A DNA stretch of 51,199 nt from an uncultured Methylococcaceae bacterium (GTDB taxonomy: Bacteria; Pseudomonadota; Gammaproteobacteria; Methylococcales; Methylococcaceae), in the NCBI GenBank assembly GCA_903911305.1, contig CAIWDB010000529.1:1-51199 (forward strand), in the 5' to 3' direction. The position numbers and the translations under genes are program-made. The notes under the pieces are model-generated. The model was not told where the DNA came from. It saw only the letters and a program-made list of their open reading frames with translations, and did no database searches. Position 1 is the stretch's first letter; each line of letters begins with the position of its first letter. This document shows, in pieces, positions 44,557 to 51,199 of this stretch.

Positions 44557-45210
44557 CTATCCAGGCATGATTTCCCGAAAATCATCCACTGCCATGAATT
44601 CGCTAATGAGGCGGGCTGGGCGAGTTGAATCATGCTTGCGAACAGCAACAAGGTGGCGTATGCCAAAGGTTCGTGCGGAACGCAGCACTGGCAAGCTATC
44701 GTCCACCAACAGGGTGCGTCCGCAAGAAAATGCCTGCACATTTCTCAAGCCACCCCAAAAACTGGGGTCTTCCTTGGGTTTTCCGAGTTCGTGGGAACTC
44801 ACAATGGCATCAAAAAAAAACCTCAGATGGGTTTTGTCCATTTTCAGGCCCAGACTCATGGGATGGGCATTGGTGACCAGCACCAAACATTTGCCAATGG
44901 CGCGGACTGCATCAAGAAATTCCGTCACATGGGGCAATACAGCGATAAGCCCGGAAATCTCCTGTTTCAAGGCAGGAAGATCCAAATCAAGCTGTGCGCT
45001 CCAGTAATCCAAACAATACCATTCAAGCCGTCCTTCCATGGCCTTGAACTTCGGCAACAATATGAGATTTGCTTCACCTTCAGACAAACCATGCCGTTGC
45101 GCATAGTGCTGCGGGACAAATTCAAGCCAGAACCGATTATCGAAATTCAGGTCAAGCAAGGTTCCGTCCATATCAAGAAACACGGTGTCAATGTCATCCC
45201 AATCAATCAT
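44557..45210 (-). CDS. HAD-family hydrolase (YrfG-like GMP/IMP nucleotidase type)
   Basis: 217 aa. It has motif I VFLDMDGTLLDLNFDNRFWLEFVP, a VTNAHP block and LLVDDSLPVL. It contains a T9 run (44812..44820) encoding FFF. Confidence 0.72.
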   Translation of the reverse strand: MIDWDDIDTVFLDMDGTLLDLNFDNRFWLEFVPQHYAQRHGLSEGEANLILLPKFKAMEGRLEWYCLDYWSAQLDLDLPALKQEISGLIAVLPHVTEFLDAVRAIGKCLVLVTNAHPMSLGLKMDKTHLRFFFDAIVSSHELGKPKEDPSFWGGLRNVQAFSCGRTLLVDDSLPVLRSARTFGIRHLVAVRKHDSTRPARLISEFMAVDDFREIMPG

Positions 45211-45273
45211 GAGTTAATATTACTTTCAATGTTCGTTACACCCGACCAACCATCTCAATTGCATTAGAGTCAA

Positions 45274-46962
45274 ATGAGCAGCAGCCAAGGAAATTTTTCG
45301 ACCCCCATTATGAAGGCACCTTCCCGTTTTTTGGAAGCTGTGCTGGCCTTGGCGATCAAGTCAGGTGAAAAAGTCCTTGAAATCTATGGATCGAATTTCC
45401 AGGTGGCACAACTGCCGGATCAAACCACGCTGACCGACGCGAATCTGGTTTCACACCATTTCCTAACCGAAGCATTGCAAGCCCTGAGTGGCGGGTTCCC
45501 CGTATTATCGCAATTTTCCTCCATTCCTCCTTTTGACGAGCGTAGGGAATGGGAAACCTATTGGCTCATTGGCCCACTTGACGGTACGCTGGAATTCACC
45601 CGGCACATAGACGAATTTACCATCAATATTGCCCTGATCCACCAACACAAACCCGTGCTAGGGATCGTCTATGCACCGGCATTGCAAACTTGCTATTTTG
45701 CCGCAGAGGGTTGCGGGGCGTTCAAGAAAGTTGGCGATACGGAACCACAACAAATACAGGTGCGTATGCAAGCTCCGACTCAGCCTTTTGTCGTTGGCAG
45801 CCGACTGCACCCCAATCCAGGCATTGAGTTTTACCTAAAACAGCTTGGCGAACATCATTTTAACCCGATGGGCAGTGCATTGAAATTCTGCCAAGTGGCA
45901 GAAGGGGAAGCCGACCTCTATCCTCGCATCGGACTCACCAGCGAATGGGATACCGCTGCGGCCCAGTGCATTGTCGAAACTGCGGGCGGGGCAATCACCG
46001 ATCTCCAAGGTAAACCGTTGCTTTACAACGCCAAGGCTTCCATGGTGAATCCCTTTTTTCTAGCTTACGGCGATAAAACCAAACCCTGGACCCGCTTTGC
46101 CGAAGGCATCACGGGTTCGCCAAGTTCCGCCCCGCCGCCGCCCTCACCCTTGCTGAAAGCGGTAGTGGAATTAGTCATGGAAGCGGGAAAACGGGTGATG
46201 GCGATTTACTCGACGGATTTTCGTGTGGGCACAAAAGCCGACGGTTCCCCATACACTGCCGCCGACTTGGTGTCCCATCATTATCTGACGGAACAGTTGG
46301 AGACCTTGCAAGGCCATTTTCCTGTCCTATCCGGGGAATCATTTGCCGTGCCTTTCGAGGAACGCAGTTCGTGGGAAAGCTATTGGCTGGTCGATCCTAT
46401 GAATGGTGCTGAGGAATTTATCAAACGCAATGGTGAATTTACCGTCAACGTTGCGCTGATCCATCGCAACAAGCCAGTGTTGGGGGTAGTCTATGCACCA
46501 TCGCAGCAGACCTGTTATTTTTCCGCCGACGGGTGTGGGGTTTTTAAATGCGTAGGCGAATCGCCTCAAGTGGAAATCCGTCCAAGGGTTCATGCATTGC
46601 AAAAGCCGGTCATAGTTGCCAGTGACTCGGAACTGAACCCAAAATTGAAGGCTTATTTGAACAACTGGAACGATTGCGAAGTAAAAACTATCGGAAGTTC
46701 GCTCAAACTTTGCAAAATTGCAGAAGGTGAGGCTGATTTTTATCCCTGTCTTTCCGCCTCCTACGAATGGGACACGGCAGCCCCCCATTACCTAGTCGAG
46801 TCTGTTGGCGGCAAGGTGGTTGACTTGCACGGCGACGCTTTGCGCTACAACGCCAAAGCATCGCTACTCAACCCCTATTTTTTTGTTTATGTCGATTCAT
46901 CGCGGGATTGGAAGTTTGATGCCATGGACTTGCAGACTTTGGAAAAGCTATTGGCTGCCTGA
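45274..46962 (+). CDS. tandem-duplicated CysQ/inositol-monophosphatase-family protein (two full domains joined by a Pro-rich linker)
   Basis: 562 aa. Residues ~18-270 and ~292-545 are mutually similar and each is collinear with CysQ (YWL..P..G..EF...EFT.N.ALI...KPVLG.VYAP and EWDTAA). The linker GSPSSAPPPPSP is at about 46108..46149. Confidence 0.8.
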   Translation: MSSSQGNFSTPIMKAPSRFLEAVLALAIKSGEKVLEIYGSNFQVAQLPDQTTLTDANLVSHHFLTEALQALSGGFPVLSQFSSIPPFDERREWETYWLIGPLDGTLEFTRHIDEFTINIALIHQHKPVLGIVYAPALQTCYFAAEGCGAFKKVGDTEPQQIQVRMQAPTQPFVVGSRLHPNPGIEFYLKQLGEHHFNPMGSALKFCQVAEGEADLYPRIGLTSEWDTAAAQCIVETAGGAITDLQGKPLLYNAKASMVNPFFLAYGDKTKPWTRFAEGITGSPSSAPPPPSPLLKAVVELVMEAGKRVMAIYSTDFRVGTKADGSPYTAADLVSHHYLTEQLETLQGHFPVLSGESFAVPFEERSSWESYWLVDPMNGAEEFIKRNGEFTVNVALIHRNKPVLGVVYAPSQQTCYFSADGCGVFKCVGESPQVEIRPRVHALQKPVIVASDSELNPKLKAYLNNWNDCEVKTIGSSLKLCKIAEGEADFYPCLSASYEWDTAAPHYLVESVGGKVVDLHGDALRYNAKASLLNPYFFVYVDSSRDWKFDAMDLQTLEKLLAA

Positions 46963-47098
46963 AGCCATTCAACCTTACAGCTTACGCTATTGACTGAACA
47001 AGCGTTTACGAGTAGTTTTAACGGTTTATTTGATTTGATTGTTTACATTTTGACGGGCGATCAAAAACGCCCCAATTCATTATACAGAGGGTAATAAA

Positions 47099-48829
47099 GT
47101 GGAGCTCAGCGGTGGGGAAATTTTAGTCCAATGCCTGATTGACGAAGGCGTTGAATACATATTCGGCTATCCAGGCGGTGCAGTGTTGCACATTTATGAT
47201 GCCTTGTTCAAACAGGACAAGGTCAAGCATATCCTGGTTCGCCACGAACAAGGTGCGACTCATGCAGCCGACGGCTATGCCCGTTCCTCGGGTAAACCGG
47301 GGGTCGTGTTGGTGACTTCAGGTCCCGGCGCGACCAATGCCGTCACTGGCATCGCCACCGCTTACATGGACTCCATACCCATGGTCATACTCAGCGGACA
47401 GGTTCCCATGGCGGTGATTGGCAGTGATGCCTTCCAAGAAGCCGATATTTCCGGCATCACCCGCCCCTGTGTGAAACACAATTTCTTGGTCAAAGATGTC
47501 ACTAAGCTGGCATCAACCATCAAGAAAGCCTTTTATCTTGCCACGACAGGCAGGCCCGGACCCGTATTGGTCGATATTCCCAAAAACTTGACCGACCCTA
47601 GGGTCAAAGTTCCTTACGAATATCCCAAAACCATGACCTTGCGTTCTTATAATCCGCATGTCAAAGGCCATCGTTGGCAGATGAAAAAAGCTGTCGATTG
47701 TCTGCTGGAAGCCAAGCGACCGATGATTTACACGGGTGGCGGCATTATTTTGGGCGAAGCCTCTGCCGAACTGACGGAACTGACCAGATTATTGGGTTAT
47801 CCAATCACCAACACGCTAATGGGCTTGGGCGCTTACCCCGGCACGGATAAACAGTTTGTCGGCATGTTGGGTATGCACGGAACCTATGAAGCCAACATGG
47901 CAATGCACGAATGCGATGTGTTGTTTGCTGCCGGGGCGCGTTTCGATGACCGCATCACCGGCATCATCGCCGAGTTTTGCCCTCATGCCAAAATCATCCA
48001 CATAGACATTGACCCCTCTTCGATTTCTAAAAACGTTAGGGTTGACATACCCGTTGTCGGCGAATTGAAACCCGTTCTGACGGAAATGATTGAACTGGTC
48101 AAGTCCAGCGACAGGAAACCAGACCCGGTCGCATTGACTAACTGGTGGAAGCAAATTGACGGTTGGCGCTCACTTGACAGCTTAGGCTTTGACCGAGACG
48201 CTGATGTGATCAAACCTCAATACGTGGTAGAGCAGTTATGGGAAATGACCCATGGCGATGCGTATATCACCTCCGACGTGGGCCAGCACCAGATGTTTGC
48301 CGCACAATTTTATAAATTCGACAAACCGCGTCGTTGGATCAACTCCGGCGGCTTAGGCACGATGGGCTTCGGAATGCCGGCTGCCATCGGAACCAAACTC
48401 GCGTTCCCCGATGCGGATGTCTACTGCATCACGGGTGAGGCCAGCATCCAAATGTGCATACAGGAATTGGCGACAGCCCGCCAATACCGGACTGCCATCA
48501 AGCTTGTGAACCTCAATAACGGTTACATGGGCATGGTCAGGCAATGGCAGGAATTCAGCTATGGAAGCCGCTATTCGCAAACTTATTTGGAAGCGCTGCC
48601 GGATTTCGTCAAACTGGCGGAAAGCTATGGTCACTTGGGCTTGCGCATCGACAAAAAAGCCGATGTGCGACCAGCGCTTGAGGAAGCCCAAAGGCAAAAA
48701 GACCGGACGATATTCCTCGACTTCCACATTGACCCGACTGAGAACGTCTATCCTATGATTGAAGCCGGCAAGGCCCACAATGACATGCGCCTCGCCCCCG
48801 GCGTGAACCCCGACGCGGAGCTTGCCTAA
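47099..48829 (+). CDS. ilvI: acetolactate synthase (biosynthetic), large subunit
   Basis: 576 aa from a GTG start (VELSGGEILVQCLIDEGVEYIFGYPGGAVL). The ThDP motif is GGLGTMGFGMPAAIGTKLAFPDADVYCITGEASIQM...NLNNGYMGMV. Confidence 0.92.
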   Translation: MELSGGEILVQCLIDEGVEYIFGYPGGAVLHIYDALFKQDKVKHILVRHEQGATHAADGYARSSGKPGVVLVTSGPGATNAVTGIATAYMDSIPMVILSGQVPMAVIGSDAFQEADISGITRPCVKHNFLVKDVTKLASTIKKAFYLATTGRPGPVLVDIPKNLTDPRVKVPYEYPKTMTLRSYNPHVKGHRWQMKKAVDCLLEAKRPMIYTGGGIILGEASAELTELTRLLGYPITNTLMGLGAYPGTDKQFVGMLGMHGTYEANMAMHECDVLFAAGARFDDRITGIIAEFCPHAKIIHIDIDPSSISKNVRVDIPVVGELKPVLTEMIELVKSSDRKPDPVALTNWWKQIDGWRSLDSLGFDRDADVIKPQYVVEQLWEMTHGDAYITSDVGQHQMFAAQFYKFDKPRRWINSGGLGTMGFGMPAAIGTKLAFPDADVYCITGEASIQMCIQELATARQYRTAIKLVNLNNGYMGMVRQWQEFSYGSRYSQTYLEALPDFVKLAESYGHLGLRIDKKADVRPALEEAQRQKDRTIFLDFHIDPTENVYPMIEAGKAHNDMRLAPGVNPDAELA

Positions 48830-48831
48830 CC

Positions 48832-49323
48832 ATGAGTCATATAATCTCCATTCTGATTGAAAACGAATCGGGCGCCTTGGCCCGTGTGGCTGGTTTGTTC
48901 TCCGCCCGTGGCTACAACATCGAATCCTTGACCGTTGCACCGACCCAAGACCCTACGCTATCGCGCATGACCTTGGTCACCACCGGAAACCCGGAAATCA
49001 TCGAGCAAATCACCAAGCAACTGAATAAGTTGATTGATGTGGTTAAGCTGATTGACATTTCCGAATCCACCCACATCGAGCGTGAGTTGATGATGGTGAA
49101 GGCTCGCGCAGTGAACGGTGGGCGTGAAGAAATCATGCGGCTGACCGAAATCTTCCGGGGCAACATCCTTGACGTGACTCCCACCACGTACATCATCGAA
49201 ATCACTGGCGAGAAATCCAAGCTGGATGCGTTCTTGAACACCGTGGGCGAAGATAACATCATTGAAGTCGTCCGCTCTGGCACGACTGGCATTTTGCGCG
49301 GTGAACGCGGGTTGATCGTTTAA
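48832..49323 (+). CDS. ilvH: acetolactate synthase small (regulatory) subunit
   Basis: 163 aa. The ACT domain HIISILIENESGALARVAGLFSARGYNIESLTVAPT is present. The gene starts 2 nt after the ilvI stop. Confidence 0.92.
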   Translation: MSHIISILIENESGALARVAGLFSARGYNIESLTVAPTQDPTLSRMTLVTTGNPEIIEQITKQLNKLIDVVKLIDISESTHIERELMMVKARAVNGGREEIMRLTEIFRGNILDVTPTTYIIEITGEKSKLDAFLNTVGEDNIIEVVRSGTTGILRGERGLIV

Positions 49324-49335
49324 TTCGCTGTAAAT

Positions 49336-49362
49336 AAACCCTCTCCCTTCGGGGGAGGGTTT
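49336..49362 (+). terminator. hairpin after ilvH
   Basis: aaaccctctccc / gggggagggttt forms a ~12-bp stem (one G.U) with a 3-4-nt loop, followed only by ttt. Confidence 0.5.
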
Positions 49363-49432
49363 AGATGAAGGTAGCCTATAATCTTGCTTGGTCGGCAAAA
49401 ATCCTTACTCTGACATTACCCGAGGTGACATT

Positions 49433-49912
49433 ATGGAATGGGCTGAGGTTTGCATTGATCCCAATCTGAAAGGTCTACCCTACAAGATAGAACTCGACCA
49501 ATGGGGTCAGATCGTCATGAGTCCCGCCACCGTTCACCATGTCTTATTGCAAAATGCCATCGCCGACTGGCTAAAAGCACTCTCTTCAAACGGTAAAGCC
49601 TTGCTGGAACTCCCCATCCAAACCGCCGAAAACGTCAAAGTCCCTGACGTGGTTTGGCTATCGCCTGAACGTTATGAACTCATCAAAAACAGTGCCGTCA
49701 GTCCGATGGCGCCAGAAATCTGCATCGAAGTCCAATCCCCCGGCAATACCCTTGCCCAAATGATGCATAAAAAAGATTTATTCTTGGCTGCAGGGGCTTT
49801 GGAATTTTGGCTGTGCGATGACAAGGGGAAATTGTCGTTTTATGATGCTAAGGGGATTATTGAAAATTCACGTTTGGTGACGGGGATGCCATGCAGCATT
49901 ATGCTGGAATAA
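49433..49912 (+). CDS. Uma2-family (DUF820) PD-(D/E)xK endonuclease-like protein
   Basis: I prefer ATG 49433 (GAGGTG RBS). The pattern KIELDQWGQIVMSPATVHH...VKVPDVVWLS...APEICIEVQSPGNT...K..LFLAAGALEFWLCD follows the Uma2 pattern (PD...EV.S...K, EYW). Confidence 0.75.
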   Translation: MEWAEVCIDPNLKGLPYKIELDQWGQIVMSPATVHHVLLQNAIADWLKALSSNGKALLELPIQTAENVKVPDVVWLSPERYELIKNSAVSPMAPEICIEVQSPGNTLAQMMHKKDLFLAAGALEFWLCDDKGKLSFYDAKGIIENSRLVTGMPCSIMLE

Positions 49913-49973
49913 TTTAATAAAATTACCTACTGTAAATACAATCTTTTAACCCTTTACTTATTAGGAGAGCATT

Positions 49974-50195
49974 ATGATTACAACTACAGCCAAAGTCCTA
50001 CGTTCGACCGCTAACGGTGTTGCCTATGTATCCGTTATTTCCAACAATGAGGTAGCCGCATTTTCATTCGACAAAATAAAAGGTTACAAAGGCGAGACAG
50101 CAAACGAACTCGGTCTGTCGGATGGAAAATTAGTGACAGTTGAATATAGCGACGATTCACATGAAATCCAATCAGTAGTAATTCAGACACAATAA
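49974..50195 (+). CDS. hypothetical 73-aa protein
   Basis: It has a strong RBS (AGGAGAGCATT-ATG). I recognise no motif. The predicted sequence is beta-rich and the context is AT-rich. Confidence 0.5.
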   Translation: MITTTAKVLRSTANGVAYVSVISNNEVAAFSFDKIKGYKGETANELGLSDGKLVTVEYSDDSHEIQSVVIQTQ

Positions 50196-50200
50196 AAGAT

Positions 50201-50572
50201 ATGAAATGTTATCTTGACCCATCGGAAGCTCACCTAGCAACAAAAACATGGAAACCTGACGGGCCTATACCTCTTAAAATAAGGAACTTTGGGTATTGTG
50301 CGGATTTATCCACTTGGCTTCCCGGTGATTTAATCCTGGTTAGTTCCAATAAGCCTAGCTTAATCCAGAATGCCATACGCAAAGTACAAGGGCAAGGTTA
50401 TCCAAACGAGCATGCCCGATGGGAACATGCGGCTGTTTATATTGGTGAAGCAGCACTGTGCGAAGCCACAATGATGGGAGTGTGTGTTAGCAACGTCTAT
50501 CAATATGTTGGAAATCATTTAATCAAAATCCGAAGCTTGGAAACGCTTCCTTTACGGATTTCCAATCATTAA
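50201..50572 (+). CDS. hypothetical 123-aa protein, possibly the N-terminal part of a permuted papain-like (YiiX/NlpC-P60-type) fold
   Basis: It starts 5 nt after the previous stop. WLPGDLILVSS...ARWEHAAVYIGEAALCEAT..GV resembles the GD(L/I)(L/I)...sH.gi...EA..GV half of YiiX-type amidases. The region that would carry the C-terminal catalytic Cys is absent. Confidence 0.4.
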   Translation: MKCYLDPSEAHLATKTWKPDGPIPLKIRNFGYCADLSTWLPGDLILVSSNKPSLIQNAIRKVQGQGYPNEHARWEHAAVYIGEAALCEATMMGVCVSNVYQYVGNHLIKIRSLETLPLRISNH

Positions 50573-50578
50573 CTCAGT

Positions 50579-51199
50579 ATGAGCCACATCCAAACCTACC
50601 GCCGTGAATTGGACGACTATCGCCGCATTGCCGGGTCTTGGAATGAAGGCACGGTATCTCAAGCCTTCGCCAGTCTGTTGAAAGCCGAAGGCGCAGAACA
50701 CAAACTGATTTTCACCCAACAACATGCGTTCAAGTCTAGGGACGGCGCGTCTTTGCGGGCTGACGGCGCATTAGTGGACCGCTTGCGGCTGGTGCATGGG
50801 TTTTGGGAAGCAAAAGACAGCAAGGACGATTTGGACAAGGAAATTGCCGCCAAACTCGCTAAAGGCTACCCCTCCGACAATTTGATTTTTGAAGACACCA
50901 TCAACGCCGTGTTGTATCAACATGGCGATGAAGTGTTGCGCGTCCCGCTGTCCGACGATGCCTCGCTACAAAAACTACTAGACCGTTTCTTCGGCTATCT
51001 GCCTAGGGATGTGGTCGATTTCCAAATTGCCAAGGACAAGTTTCTCGCCGAACTGCCGCAGGTTGCCAAGGCACTGAGCGACATGTTGGCTAAAGCTTAT
51101 GACGAAAACAAGGATTTCAACACCAAATCGGCGGAGTTTTTGGATTTGTGCAAACGCGCCATCGGCGAGCGTGTCACTCAAAAGCACATCGACGAGATG
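50579..51199 (+). CDS. 5' part (207 codons, runs off the window) of a large restriction-modification-type protein with a PD-(D/E)xK-like N-terminal domain
   Basis: My own translation runs from ATG 50579 with no stop to the window end: MSHIQTYRRELDDYRRIAGSWNEGTVSQAFASLLKAEG...SLRADGALVDRLRLVHGFWEAKDSKDDLDKEIAAKLAKGYPSDNLIFEDT.... The D-x(n)-E-A-K-D plus DLDKEI..K...GYP layout recalls the N-termini of type IIG/ISP-like enzymes. Confidence 0.4.
   Translation, partial: MSHIQTYRRELDDYRRIAGSWNEGTVSQAFASLLKAEGAEHKLIFTQQHAFKSRDGASLRADGALVDRLRLVHGFWEAKDSKDDLDKEIAAKLAKGYPSDNLIFEDTINAVLYQHGDEVLRVPLSDDASLQKLLDRFFGYLPRDVVDFQIAKDKFLAELPQVAKALSDMLAKAYDENKDFNTKSAEFLDLCKRAIGERVTQKHIDEM

Noticed and set aside
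44567-45267. Plus-strand ORFs of 146-211 aa antisense to the YrfG-like HAD gene.
   Set aside because: The minus-strand frame carries the DxDGTL HAD motif set. The plus-strand products have no motifs and are His/Gln/Lys-rich noise.
48353-49398. Minus-strand ORFs (195, 126 and 146 aa) across the ilvI 3' end and ilvH.
   Set aside because: They are antisense to highly conserved acetolactate synthase genes.
3710-49432. N-terminal extensions in the supplied ORF track: 3710, 8911 and 49388 (TTG starts), 19558, 28327, 29518 and 40542.
   Set aside because: Internal ATGs give a better RBS, remove overlaps with upstream genes, or produce the expected signal peptide or family N-terminus. The chosen starts are listed in the features. 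The alternatives cannot be excluded without experimental data.
49930-49941. LexA/SOS-box-like CTGT in tactgtaaatacaat, upstream of the 73-aa gene.
   Set aside because: The second half-site is missing: there is no ACAG 8 nt downstream.
1-51199. Search by eye for CRISPR arrays, tRNA/rRNA/tmRNA genes, intact IS elements, integrases, reverse transcriptases or prophage genes.
   Set aside because: None was recognised. No regularly spaced direct repeats, no tRNA-like T-arm/acceptor signatures in intergenic regions, and no transposase- or integrase-like ORFs were seen. A covariance-model scan (tRNAscan-SE, Infernal/Rfam) would be needed to be definitive.

Overview
This is a chromosomal window of about 50% GC with gammaproteobacterial-type gene content. 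I support about 45 protein-coding genes. Reading by eye, I found no rRNA, tRNA, CRISPR array or intact IS element. All family calls come from motifs read in the supplied translations and recalled family signatures; no database search was run.

Housekeeping blocks:
- trmL and glgP
- slt, then fabA-fabB-ttcA
- ccmDEF
- ilvIH

Accessory blocks:
- A SulP transporter followed by a histidine kinase and a sigma-54 (NtrC-type) activator, with a sigma-54-like promoter in front of the transporter.
- A 1466-aa DUF748/AsmA-like envelope protein with four internal ~150-aa modules and a C10 homopolymer. It is convergent with an ABM-pspA-yqiJ-yqiK (flotillin) operon.
- A secreted S8 protease.
- A Cache-type hybrid kinase next to an outer-membrane channel gene.
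- An internally duplicated CysQ-like protein in which both halves have broken metal-binding motifs.
- An AT-rich islet after ilvH: a Uma2 nuclease, two small orphan genes, and the start of a large restriction-modification-type gene.

The most notable locus sits at the centre of the window. It is a tightly coupled six-gene hyf/complex-I-like operon (21541..28911).
- Its 'large hydrogenase subunit' has lost all four [NiFe]-ligand cysteines (RVSGDTTVGH and NGSYSGNDL replace RxCGxCxxxH and DPCxxCxxR).
- All ferredoxin-type electron-input subunits, formate dehydrogenase and hyp/hycI maturation genes are absent.
- The NuoB-like Fe-S motifs and the antiporter-subunit Glu/Lys residues are retained.
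- This fits an Ehr-type (energy-converting-hydrogenase-related) membrane complex, a class with no assigned function as far as I know.
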